A stretch of DNA of 64,000 bases from Octopus sinensis (GCF_006345805.1 NC_043000.1:140306001-140370000); one strand, 5' to 3'. Shown: positions 1 through 12,165, counted from the first letter of the stretch. Numbers and translations: made by a program. The notes: generated from the letters alone by a model not told the origin.

Positions 1-180
1 ATTGTAGTCACAGATGTTAAATACTGATCACACTGATCATTGTGGTTAGCTGTTTAACTAGAAGTTCACCAATAACTAATATGGTATCTGACCAGATATA
101 TTCCTCCAAACTCACCTATATATATATATATATATATAGGGAGAGAGAGAGAGAGAAAGAGACAGAGAGACATACATACA

Positions 181-216
<36 letters not shown>

Positions 217-922
217 TGCACATGTACCATACATCAATTGTTTCATCATCTGTATATGTATTTTTCCTTGGGTTTAATGAAAAGAGCTGCTTTTTCTATA
301 TAAATAGTTAAATCCATTACATCATTACAACACCTTCACTCTCTGAGGCTATTTAACAACAACATTAACAAAAACTGTAAGTCTGATTTTTGTTGACATG
401 ATGTTTCAACAAGTTTCTCACAAACAATTAACTGTCTGAGATTTATTTCACTTCAACAAGTTACTTATTGTATTTCCTAAATTGTGTGCATTCTAATTTT
501 TATTTTCCATTTTATTTTTATTATTTTTATTAACCTTTGTTACTTAAATAATGTCATGATACTAATTTCAATTTCGATGGCTATACAAAATCAAATGGAA
601 CAAAAAATTTTAAGACAGGCTACTCTTAAATAAGCACAACAACCTGAAAAATTAAGTTGAGAATAACATTAGCAAATTCATTAGAGTGTCAGATAGAATA
701 CCTAATGGTCTTCATTCTGATTCCCTTAACTGTGAGTTCAAATCCCACCAAAGACAGCTCTCCCCTTCATCTATTTATGGTCAATAAAAAAAACAAAACA
801 ATTTAATATAAGGGTTGATTTTTTTCTTTTTCACTGTTTTTCTCCCAGAAGAAATTAGATTAGGTTAAATCTGATGAAGAAAGAGAGTTTCCGGTTTAAA
901 TCGCTCACAGCATTCAATATAT

Positions 923-1267
923 ATTTCTTTATTGCCCACAAGGGGCTAAACATAGAGGGGACAAACAAGGACAGACAAAGGGATTAAGTCGATTCCATAA
1001 TGAACCTAGAAAAATGAGGTGGGAATCAAGCCTCTTATTTCTTTATTGCCTACAAGGGGTAAACATAGAGGGGACAAACAAGGACAGACAAAGGGATTAA
1101 GTCGATTACATCGACCCCCCCCTCCAGTGCGAAACTGGTACTTTATTTATCGACCCTGAAAGGATGAAAGGTAAAGACGACCTCGGCGGAATTTGAACTC
1201 AGAACGTAACGACAGATGAAATACCGCTAAGCATTTCGCCCGGCACGCTAACGAGTCTGCCAGCACG
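923..1267 (-). mobile_element. SINE family A composite (monomer + captured 42-bp flank + extra tail)
   Basis: Reverse complement of family A (B-box GAGTTCAAATTCC, core TTTCATCCTTTC.GGGTCGATAAA). Bounded by 15-bp TSD CAGCATTCAATATAT at 908-922 and 1268-1282. Confidence 0.9.
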
Positions 1268-1340
1268 CAGCATTCAATATATGTCATGCTGATGTCTCTA
1301 TAAATTCATAACTAGTTAGGCAATGGCATAGCTGTGAATG

Positions 1341-2175
1341 GGCTCAGGTGTGGTTGTGTGGTAAGAGGCTTGCAGGGAACGTTAGCTGGCAGAAACATTA
1401 GCACACCAGGCGAAATGCTTAGCGGTATTTCGTCTGCCATTACATTCTGAGTTCAAATTCCACTGAGGTCGACTTTGCCTTTCATCCATTCGGTGTCTAT
1501 AAATTAAGTACCAGTTATGCCCTGGGGTCGATATAATCGACTTAATCCATTTGTCTGTTCTTGTTTGTCCTCTCTGTGTTTAGCCGCTTGTGGGTAGTAG
1601 AGAAATAGGTATTTCATCTGCCGCTACGTTCTGAGTTCAAATTCCGCCAAGGTCGACTTTGACTTTCATCCTTTTGGGGTCGATAAATTAAGTACCAGTT
1701 ATGCACTGGGGTCGATCTAATAGACTTAATCCCTTTGTCTGTCTCTTCTATGTTTAGCCCCTTGTGGGCAATGAAGAAATAAGAGGCTTGATTCCCACCT
1801 CATAGTTCTAGGTTCATTATGGCACCATGGGAAAGTGTCTTCTAAAGACTTGTGAATGAATTTGGTAGATCGAAACTTAAAGAAGGCCATCATATACATA
1901 TAAATATATACACATATACATATATACATATATATATATATATGTATATATATATGTATATGTGTATATATACATCTATGTGTTTTTGTTTTCCTCCCAC
2001 CACGTCTTGATAAACGGTGTGGGTTTGTTTATGTTATTGTAACTTAGCATACGGGCAAGAAAGGTCAGAAAGGGTTTCAAAAATATACAGGGGTTGACTC
2101 GTTTAACTAAACCCTTCAAGACGGTGCCCCAGCATTGCTGCAGCCCTATAATGGAAAACACATAAAAGATAAAAT
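1341..2175 (+). mobile_element. Old diverged SINE family B copy, split by a family A insertion
   Basis: Head GGCTCAGGTGTGGTTGTGTGGTAAG at 1341. Resumes at 1781 and ends with the GGTGCCCCAGCAT...TAAAAGA tail. Confidence 0.75.
1373..1779 (+). mobile_element. SINE family A tandem dimer
   Basis: Two head-to-tail units. TSD TAAGAGGCTTG at 1362-1372 and 1780-1790. Core resembles the Nin/Deu-type SINE central domain (recalled, not searched). Confidence 0.9.
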
Positions 2176-2574
2176 GAGCATCATTTCCTTTAGAAATAAC
2201 TTGGTGTTACAAATTCATTGTGAGTGGGTATTCTCAAAATGTTACCTATTAATCTCTGCTACTTTACGCATAAAAGTGAAATGTAAATCTGACAGATACT
2301 TTTTTACTATAAACTAGTCAATAATCAACATTCCACGCTATCTTACCTCCAGCCAGTTTTCAAAATGCGTATTCATCTATTCTTTTTTATTTTTTATTCT
2401 TTTGTGATTTATTTTTAACTGTTCAACAGGAATATAATTTTTGGAAACCATAAAAAAATAAAAAAGAGTTAGATGATGAAATTCTTTGAAATGATTTTTC
2501 ATAGCTTATGCAATATAACCATATCAGTTCTATGTCTGGATGTAACGTATTTCTTTTATAGTATTTCTGCTGAT

Positions 2575-2701
2575 GTGTGTGTGTATGTGTGCGTGTGTAT
2601 GCATGCACACACACACATATATATATGTATGTATGTATGTGTGTATATATATATGTGTGTGTGTGTATGTATATATATATGTATATATATGTATATATAA
2701 G

Positions 2702-2739
<38 letters not shown>

Positions 2740-2750
2740 ATATATATATT
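2575..2750. repeat. (TG)n/(TA)n compound microsatellite
   Basis: Directly visible. Confidence 0.95.
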
Positions 2751-2987
2751 TATATTGTCTTCATTTAATGTCTCCTCTTCCAAGATGACATGAGCTAGAT
2801 GGTTCGATTGGAGCTGGCATGGCTGGGAGAGCAGCACTAGTCTCAGTTGCTCATTTTGGCATGGTTTCTACCACTTGATGTCCTTCTTAATGTCAACCAC
2901 TTTACAGAGTGTCCTCGCAAGGAAACCCTGCACAAAAAAAAATTATATACTATATCTTTCTCATAATTTTCATTGTTGTTCATGTGA

Positions 2988-3143
2988 CCCACTACACTCA
3001 CGGAGTGGTTGGCATTAGGAAGGGCATCCAGCTGTAGAAACACTGCCAGATCAGACCGGAGCCTGGTGCAGCCTTCTGGTTTCCTAGATCCTGGTCGAAC
3101 CATCCAACCCATGCTAGCATGGAAAACGGACGTTAAACGATGA

Positions 3144-3147
<4 letters not shown>
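2988..3147 (+). mobile_element. Family D (RTE 3'-UTR terminal fragment)
   Basis: GGAAGGGCATCCAGCTGTAGAAAC...GGACGTTAAAC(GAT)n. An older copy in the opposite orientation lies at about 2755-2910. Confidence 0.85.
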
Positions 3148-3186
<39 letters not shown>

Positions 3187-3215
3187 AAAAGAGGAGATGT
3201 GGAACGCGAGTTGTG

Positions 3216-3366
3216 ATATATAAAAAAAGGAAATGAAGAAAATGCTGACAAAATAATTTAAGTAAGGGAGAGTGTATTTAATTAGGTGAAAGAACTTCCA
3301 CCTAATTAAATACACTCTCCCTTAAATTATTTTGTCAGCATTTTCTTCATTTCCTTTTTTATATAT
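3216..3366. repeat. Near-perfect long inverted repeat (arms ~70 bp, loop 10 nt)
   Basis: 3216-3288 is the reverse complement of 3299-3366 apart from a 4-nt indel and a 1-nt A-run difference. Confidence 0.95.
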
Positions 3367-3864
3367 ATATATATAATATATATATATATATTCTCACACA
3401 TACCAAGCACATACACACACATATATACATAATATCACAGGAAGCAGCACTGAAAGAAAAAAATATTCCTGTAAAGTCATATTTATCATGTTTGTGTTTA
3501 TTCAAACTTGATAAGACTCTTCACTGTGGAGGTAGCCTTGGGAGAAATTATCCACTTAGCCATATGTAAGAGCATATTTTCGGGACTGTAATTGATAACA
3601 TTGGATTAAAGGACACATGCATTTCTGTGCTGTTCCAGTTTGTCAGCTGGGGAATCTAAATCTATCATTCACAGCCTGAATTATTAACAGTCACACTAAT
3701 TGTTGGCTGATGTTTAGTAAAGTTGATTGAGCTAGAATTAAATGAATAAAAAAGCACTGCTTTTTCCATGGCAAACATTCTTCACTTGCTCATATCACAC
3801 ACATTAATGCAAATCTATATAAGTTTCATTATCCTCATTTACATCAAAATTCCATGATAGAGTA

Positions 3865-4254
3865 CTGGAAGCACTCCGTTGGTTACGACGACAAGGGTTC
3901 CGGTTGATCCGAATCAACGGAACAGCCTGCTCGTGAAATTAACGTGTAAGTGGCTGAGCACTCCACAGACACGTGTACCCTTAACGTAGTTCTCGGGGAT
4001 ATTCAGCATGACACAGAGAGTGACAAGGCCGGCTCTTTGAAATACAAATACAGGTACAACAGAAACAGGAAGTAAGAGTGAGAGAAAGTTGTGGTGAAAG
4101 AGTACAGCAGGATCACCACCATCCCCTGCCGGAGCCGCGTGGAGCTTTCTGTGTTTTCGTTCAATAAACACTCACAACGCCCGGTCTGGGAATCGAAACA
4201 GCGATCCTACGACTGCGAGTCCGCTGCCCTAACCACTGGGCCATTGCGCCTCCA
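3865..4254 (-). mobile_element. SINE family C (~390 bp, tRNA-derived; probably octopus OR-type)
   Basis: A-box TGGCCCAGTGG and B-box GTTTCGATTCC on minus. 12-bp TSD CATGATAGAGTA at 3853-3864 and 4255-4266. Confidence 0.92.
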
Positions 4255-4764
4255 CATGATAGAGTAAGGTGAACGAATCACAACAGTGTTCATACATACT
4301 CTGAGGTGTGGCTCAGATATTTTATGCGTGACAGCATATTATTTTTAATTTGGTTTCTATGATTGCAAGTCCCTCCCAACACTGCCCACGTTATAGAGTG
4401 CGTCATATATGTGCGTATATGCAAATGCATATATACATATATGTGTGTGTAGGTATGTGCATGTGTGTGTATATATAACACACACACACACACAAGCATA
4501 TATATATATATATATATATATGCTTATATCACTATCGATATCCATATATGTCCAACCCATGCCAGCATAGAAAAGGATGCTAAAAGATGATGATGATGAT
4601 GACAACGACGTTGACAATATATATATATATATATACACACACATATACATTATGAATAAAACACACATATATCAGGTCATGAAGAGTGAAATGTCTGATT
4701 TAGAACTAAAAGTTTGCTTCACTTAATCTCAACAAAAAGCAATGCAGTTAATCAAAGTATGCAC

Positions 4765-5283
4765 CTAAATTATCAACACAGTTTTGCCATTTTATTGGTA
4801 TCTTATTTAGGCCAGCAGCAAAGAATTCTGGAAAGCAGGAGCTGATGAAATCCTGAAAGTTTGTTTTGGGATCTTCTTCAGATTTCAATTTTTGTACTTG
4901 CAAGAAGTTGTCTAACATCTGGAAAATGTGATAGTTGGCACAAGGTCTGGTGAATATGGTGGATGACAGAGTACTTCCAAGTAACAGAGTTCCAGTAACT
5001 AGAGTGGCATTCTTTGTGCAACATGTATTTGAGCATTGTCTTGCAAGAGAATTGGCCTGTCTCTATTGACCAATCTTGGTTGTTTAATTGCAAGTTCACT
5101 CATCATTTCATCCATGTACACATCTGCTGTAATTGACTCAACAGGTCTCATGAAGCTGTAGTGAATGACACCAATGCTGGACCACCAAACAGACACCATA
5201 AGCTTTTTTTTGGTGAATACTCTTTTTTGGATTGTGTTTTAGCACTTCGTCTCTATCCAACGAACTGTGCAGAATGCTTGCTA
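4765..5283 (-). mobile_element. Degenerate mariner transposase fragment (3' half)
   Basis: Translates MVSVWW...GVIHY...ILLQDNA and HHPPYSPDL. Cut at its 5' side by the RTE tail. Confidence 0.8.
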
Positions 5284-5284
5284 T

Positions 5285-6600
5285 TCATCATCATCATCAT
5301 CAACATCATCATTTATCGTCCATTGTCCATGCTGGCATGGGTTCGATGGTTTAAATGCGGCTGGTAAGCTGGAAGGCTGCACCAGACTCCAGTCTGATTT
5401 GGTATGGTTTTCTATGGCTGGATGCCCTTCCTAATGTCAACTACTCTGAGAGTGTAATGGGATGGGTGTTTCTTCGTGTCACCAGCATGTGTGCCATATG
5501 TGTGACACTGGTATCTGCCATGACTGTGGTATCTTCTTCTTAAGAATGACATAATGCCAAAAGTCTTAGTAATTGCCTCTGTGAGGCCCAACATTCGAAA
5601 GTAACTTGGTCACTTTGCCTCTGTGCTGCCCAACGCTTGAAAGGAACTTGGCAACTTTGCCTCCATGAAGCCCAATACTCGAAAGGAACTCAGCCACTTT
5701 TGCTTCTGTGAGGCCCAATGCTTGAAAGGAACTCAGAGACTTTACCTTCGTGAGACCCAATGTGCCAATGGTGTTCTTTACATGCCACTGGCATTGGTGC
5801 CAGTTATATGACACCAACATTAGTCAAGACTACGATTTCCCTTGACTTGACAGGTTTTCTCAAGCACAGCTTATTGCCAAAGGTTTCGGTCATTTGTCAC
5901 TGCCACAGTAAGGATCAAAGTTCGAAGATCATGCTTCACTACTTTGTCCCATGTCTTCCTGGGTCTACCTCTACCACAGGTTCCCTCTACAGTTAGAGAT
6001 CGGCACCGCACCGCTTTACACAACTGTTTCGTCCATACACATCACATGACCATACCAGAACAGCCGTTTCTTTTACACACGACATTGAATGCCTCTTGTG
6101 CCTATTTTTTCTTTCAAAATACTTACACTGTGTCGAACATGCACACTGGCATTGCACATCCAGTGAAGCATACTGGTTTCATCTCTTTCAAGCCTACACA
6201 TGTCCTCAGCTGCCACAGCCTATGTTTCACTGCCATGTAGCATAGCTGTTCACATGCAGACATCATACAATCTACTTTACATTCTGAGAGAGAGGCCCTT
6301 TGTTCCCAGCAGGGTAGGAGCTCTTGAACTTTGCCCAGCCTAATCATATTCTCACAGCTATACTCTTGGAGCATCCACCTCCACTACTAACTTGGTCACC
6401 TATCTACTACCTCTAGCTTGCCCCCTGGCAGTTAATGGAGTCTATTTTCTGTACATTTTTCAGTGTTTATTGTACTTGTGCATCTTCCACATAGAAAGCT
6501 GGTTTCCCTGTTAATCTTCCTCTGATATTGCTGCACCTTTCATGTGTGCAAAGCTCACACAAGGGGCATCTACCTACACCTTTTCTACAGATCATGCAGA
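5285..6600 (-). mobile_element. 5'-truncated RTE-clade LINE with 3' UTR, ~40-bp tandem repeats and family D tail
   Basis: Decayed ORF includes CMICRKGVG..., MLHWMCNASV and GTCGRGRPRKTWDKVVKHDL. Runs continuously into the GGAAGGGCATCCAG...(GAT)n tail. Confidence 0.85.
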
Positions 6601-6609
6601 TTATTATTG

Positions 6610-7296
6610 TTGGGGAGAGAGACATGGTTCTGGTCAGAGAACAGGCTGCAAAACCCCTGCATCCAACCTCCTCTGGGAGATACCTTGTTCTCCAACCAGC
6701 CTGCTGGCATTCACTGACCAGACCTGTGTACTTGGAGAGCTTTCTCTCAAAAGCTTCTTCCAGGTGATCTTCTCATGGGACAGTCAGCTCCAGCAACGCC
6801 ACTTGCTTGGTGGACTCAGACACGAGGACAATGTCTTGTCACTTGGTGGTGACCGCAATGTAGCCAGGGAACTTCAGCTGACGATCAAGATTCACCAGTA
6901 GCTGCCAGTCGCTTGCAGATGTTAGAATGACTGCCAATGTCTGGCAGGGGTTGGCTGTTTCCCAGCTCTGACAAAAGTGATGGTTTTCTTGGAGGGTCAG
7001 AATCACTTCACCCACAGAAGTCCTGTGCTGATGGCTTCAGCGATGGCCTTAAGATTTGGTCATACCTCCAGCAATACTGTCCGTCTCCAAGTGCCCCTGT
7101 GCAGCTGCTGAGAATGTGTTCCAGAGTTCTTTGCTTGGAACACAACGTGCATGCTGGTGTCTCTGTTATGCCCCATGTGTGCAGGTTCGATGGGTTTGGA
7201 AGCACATCGTACACTGCCTGGATGAGGAATTTAATGTGGTGAGGCTCGGCTTTCCGAAGCTCAGCCCAGGTCCTTTTCCTGTCAACCACATTCCTC
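6610..7296 (-). mobile_element. HERO-like (R2 group, RLE endonuclease) non-LTR retrotransposon fragment
   Basis: KAEPHHIKFLIQAVYDVLPNPSNLHTWG...CTLC...LEHILSSC (CCHC knuckle), then DIVLVSES...LLELTVPWED...K...EVGCRGF (PD-(D/E)xK RLE). Confidence 0.85.
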
Positions 7297-7364
7297 TCAA
7301 TCACACACACATATACATATATATATATATGTATGTATATATATACATATATACACAATATATC

Positions 7365-7555
7365 GCCATGATAGATCACTAGCCACTACACATTCTTTAT
7401 TTTCTTTCCTTGTTTCTTTTTGTATTCCTTTTGTGGAAGAGCATAGGCTCGAAACATTAAAGACTTTTTCACTTCTCGAGCATTATACTTATACATCTGT
7501 CTGTTGTCTACACCATCTATCTTTGTCTTTTGTTGTTTTTGTTAATTCTCCCTAT
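7365..7555 (+). mobile_element. Penelope pLTR-like short repeat with hammerhead-like relic
   Basis: Homologous to 43068-43220. Contains TTGTGGA-A-GAGC-ATAG-GCTC-GAAAC. Embedded in (TA)n. Confidence 0.5.
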
Positions 7556-8102
7556 ATGTATACACACAGACATTTACATACATATGCATATGTCTACACA
7601 CATATATGTATTAAAATATACTTGTATGTGTGTGTGTGTGTGTATGTTTGTACCAGTGAATCAGAAATTAATGGTCTAACTGCAAATTCAAGTCCCATGA
7701 GACTTGAATGTGTGGCTAAATATTTACATTATACTATTTAGAATACAAGCTGAAAGGAAATTTATTTGTTCTAAACTAACTGTAATCTAAACATATTCGC
7801 AGAAACAAATTCAAAATCAAAAATTATTCAGTATCATTCTACTGGAGACAGCAATTCTTTGATAGGTGTACAATTTCTTTCTGATCTTATACTAATATTT
7901 TAACTAACCTGATTCTAATACAATGACAATTTGCAACAATTCTTTTTCATACATCATTTCAGTCCTTGAATTCAAACACACAAATATGTAGAGATTATAG
8001 TCGCTGAGGTTTTAGAATTCAAGACATCATGCCATTCAATCAACACTGAAAATTTCTGAACTCTTAAACTTTTTTTTTTTGGCTTCAATATATGTAGCAC
8101 AA

Positions 8103-8298
8103 GAAGGCAGCAAGCTGGCAGGGCAAAGCACTTAGCAGTATTTTGTCCATCCTCACTTTCTGAGTTCAAATTCCACTGATATCAACTTAACCTTTCGGGG
8201 ATGATCAAATAAATACAAGTTGAACACTGGGGTCAATAGAGTCGACATACTCATCCTCCAAAATTGATGGACTTGTGCCAAAATGTGAAATTAATATA
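8103..8298 (+). mobile_element. Old SINE family A-related copy
   Basis: AGCTGGCAG head, GAGTTCAAATTCC B-box, CTGGGGTC core, older-type tail. Confidence 0.7.
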
Positions 8299-8477
8299 TG
8301 CAGTACAATGTCTTGATTATTCAAATTAGAATTCTTGTTGGTTTTACCTACAGAGGTGTGTATGCAGTAATAAGCAACAGTGAAGTAATTAATCTTGGAA
8401 AAGTAGAGGAAAGGTGATATAGCTATGTCTTGTGATATACCTGAATTCAAAGAATGGGGATTGAGAAGACCAATGTT

Positions 8478-8659
8478 CTATGACGTCTTGCAAACAACTT
8501 GCACATGCAAGTGCTACCAGTAAAAAACTCCGCATACCGGAAGCCAGCAAGTGTATGGGTCATCAGGAGAGAATGAGCACCATTTCAGGGCCTCCCTCTC
8601 GACAGCATCAATGCCTCCCTCTCTGATATGAGGCCCCGCTTGCTAGATCAGCTGGTTAT
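8478..8659. repeat. Unclassified GC-rich structured dispersed repeat (family E, copy 1)
   Basis: Clearly homologous to 31074-31264 and shares the same right boundary GATCAGCTGGTTAT. Confidence 0.85.
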
Positions 8660-9884
8660 CAAATAAAGCTCAATATTCTTCTAGCCATCGCTCATCGTCT
8701 CTTTTTAACCAAAATGTTATGTCAAACTGATTTCTGTCTAGATTATTACTGATGGGCACAGATCACAGAAAAGGATGCTCACAAAACCTACCAAGTATGC
8801 CACACACAGCAGAAACCTTTATTGATTTCAAGAGCAATAACACAGATTTTATAGCAGTGTTTTCAACAACAAGCGACAGATGGAATAAGGCACAAGAGTC
8901 AATGTTTACAGTGAAATCTATATAAACCAACAAGAAGTAGAACATTGTGAAATAAGAGATTTTATCTGAGAGACAGTGTGATGTTAATACCAAAATATAA
9001 TCTATAGACCATTTGATTTATAAACCAGTTACATAGCATTTCAGTAAGTTATCATTCTGAAATTCAACTATTTTGTGGAGACAAAATATAACCTTTTAAT
9101 GTTTTATTTGTTACCTTTTATTATTTTTTTTTTTTATTCTATTTTAAAATATTTTCTACAATCATGGCCTATATACCTCATATGCTGATTACAAACTATT
9201 TTATAAAAAAACTAGTAGAGCCAATTTTTATTGATTATTGCTTTTGGCAACTTTTCTGCATCAACCAGAAACATCATGATCATTTTATGTAGTTGGTTTC
9301 GTTTTATCATGTTTCATTGTATTATATGCTTTCTCTCTCCTTAAATTTATAATTTTTATTTATTGATTCATTATACAGCTTTTACTTATATTTTGGTTTT
9401 CAATTCCTGTTTATTTGCTTATTTAGTTATTTAGTTTTTTTTTACTCTATAAGGTCAGAAATATACTCACAGCTTATGCATTGATGCAGAAAACAATATC
9501 ATTTTTAATCACCAAGAAACAATGCTAATGACGCTATATTTGCATTAATTACACTGATCAACTTATTGAAATAATAACCAGTAGAATTTCAAAAACTGAA
9601 TTTTAGCTTGCTAACAAAAGTTACCAAATGAAAGACTAATCTTAATAGACATAATATAATATACACATTTACATATATATATATGAAAACAGAAACACAT
9701 ACATAGACATACAAGTATAAGTATAATAAAAGACAGTTATAAGTACTGTTTAACTACAATAGGTGTCAGTTTACAGCACAACATTAGAGAGAAAGAGTAT
9801 ATATCTCTAAGATACATTTTGGGAAAGCAGCACAAAATCAACTACCTGAAAATTAAATTATGTAACGTGCTGATATTATTTTAA

Positions 9885-10149
9885 GGCGGTGAGCTGGCAC
9901 AAATGTTAGCACGCCGGGCGAAAAGCTTACTCTCTCTTTTACTCTTTTACTTGTTTCAGTCATTTGACTGCGGCCATGCTGGAGCACCGCCTTTAATCGA
10001 GCAACTCGACCCCAGGACTTATTCTTTTGTAAGCCCAGTACTTATTCTATCAGTCTCTTTTGCCGAAACCGCTAAATAATGGGGTCATAAGCACTCCAGC
10101 ATCGGTTGTCAAGCAATGCTAGGGGGACAAACACAGACACACAAACACG

Positions 10150-10181
<32 letters not shown>

Positions 10182-10676
10182 CATATTTACGATGGGCTTC
10201 TTTCAGTCTCCGTTTACTAAATCCACTCACAAGGCTTTGGTCGGCCCGAGGCTATAGTAGAAGATACTTGCCCAAGGTGCCATGCAGTGGGACTGAACCC
10301 GGAACCATGTGGTTGGTAAACAAGCTACTTACCACACCTGTCTTAACGTTCTCAGTTCAAATTCCACCGAGGTCGACTTTGCCTTTCATCCTCTCGGGGT
10401 CGATTAAATAAGTACCAGTTACGCACTGGGGTCGATGTAATCAATTTAATCCGTTTGTCTGTCCTTGTTTGTCCCCTCTGTGTTTATCCCCTTGTGGGTA
10501 GTAAAGAAATAGGTATTTTGTCTGTGTTAACGTTCTGAGTTCAAATTCCTCCGAGGTCGACTTTGCCTTTCATCCTTTCAGGGTCGATAAATTAAGTACC
10601 AGTTGCGCACTGGGGTCGATCTAATTGACTGGCCCACTCCCCAAAAATCTTGGGCCTTGTGCCTAGAATAGAAAAG
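9885..10676 (+). mobile_element. SINE family A multimer containing a nested family B copy
   Basis: Head at 9885-9929, resumes at 10340. TSD ATTATTTTAA at 9875-9884 and 10677-10686. Confidence 0.85.
9930..10339 (-). mobile_element. SINE family B (~410 bp, tRNA head, internal TA/TG microsatellite)
   Basis: Reverse complement of the copies at 20536 and 62748. Confidence 0.9.
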
Positions 10677-11004
10677 ATTATTTTAAAATTTTATCTTGAT
10701 ACACATACACACACATATACACACACACACACACTCAAACACAAACATCTCCACCCACTCATCCACACACATTCTCCTCATCATCATTTAACATCTCCTC
10801 ATCCCCACTGGTATGGGTTGGGCAGTTTGACAAGAACAGATGAGTTAGAGGGCTCTGCCAGATTCTATGTCTGCTTTGACCGTTTCTACTACTGGATGTC
10901 CTTCCTAAAACCAACCACTTTGCAGAGTGCCGTGGGTACTCAACCAGCTAATCGATAATCAGACTCTATGTATGTATGTGTGTACATGTGTGTACATGTA
11001 TGTG

Positions 11005-11043
<39 letters not shown>

Positions 11044-11108
11044 ACATATGTATATATTAAATTATATAATATATCTGTCTCATCCTTACATTTGTTCCTA
11101 TATGTATA

Positions 11109-11338
11109 TATTTCTTTACTACCCACAAGGGGCTAAACACAGAGGGGACAAACAAGGACAGACAAAGGGATTTAGTCGATTACATCGACCCCAGTGCGTA
11201 ACTGGTACTTAATTTATCGACCCCGAAAGGATGAAAGGCAAAGTCGACCTCGGAGGAATTTGAACTCAGAACGTAACGACAGACGAAATACAGCTACGTA
11301 TTTCGCCGGGCGTGCGAACGTTTCTGCCAGCTCACTGC
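11109..11338 (-). mobile_element. SINE family A
   Basis: Near-complete reverse-complement copy. Confidence 0.9.
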
Positions 11339-11769
11339 TATGTATATATGTGTGTGTGTGTGTGTTTGTGTGTGTATATGTATACACACACACACGTAAT
11401 AGATACATATATACATAAACTGACTGAGATGTATATCTACGAGATGGCGTGTGAGAGAGTGAGTGATAAAGAGAGAGAGAGAGGGGGTGGAGGTTGTGTA
11501 CACAAAGAGTTCAGGAAAGATTTGAGAGCTTTAAATTTATAATTTTATAATATATATTTTGACTTCAAAATATTATCTGTATAAATTGAGCCATTATTTT
11601 GTGAGGATGTGGGTGGAGGAAAGGATTGTATTATTATGATTCAATTTTTTTCAGTCTTACTTCATTAATACAATATTTTCTGTCACATACTACACATAAA
11701 CTTCGGTCAAAAATAGTCAAACAACTATATATTTTCACAGGTTCAACTGACTGATTATTTTTGTATTAT

Positions 11770-11989
11770 TCTTTTATTCTTTTACTTGTTTCAGTCATTT
11801 GACTGTGGCCATGCTGGAGCACCGCCTTCAGAGTCGAATCAAATTGACCCCCGGCACTTATTCTTAGTATACCTAGTACTTACTCTATCGGTCTCTTTTG
11901 CTGAACTGCTAAGTTACGAAGACCTAAACACATCAGCATCGGTTGTCAAGCAATGATGGGTGACAGATACACAAACATATACACACACA

Positions 11990-12031
<42 letters not shown>

Positions 12032-12165
12032 TACGACGGGCTTCTTTCAGTTTCCATCTACCAAATCCACTCACAAAGCTTTAGTCGGCCCAAGGTGCCA
12101 CGCAGTGGGACTGAACCCAGAACCATGTGGTTAATAAGCAAGCTACTTACCACACAGCATCTCTA
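11770..12165 (-). mobile_element. SINE family B (internal deletions)
   Basis: Homology to other family B copies. Confidence 0.85.

Noticed and set aside
871-900. CTGATGA motif as a hammerhead
   Set aside because: No GAAA after the putative stem II.
4170-4254. SINE heads as true tRNA genes
   Set aside because: No complete cloverleaf or acceptor stem, and they are embedded in TSD-bounded repeats.
8742-8925. Possible coding exon after TTTCTGTCTAG (about 60 open codons)
   Set aside because: No recognisable domain, no partner exons, and the length is expected by chance.
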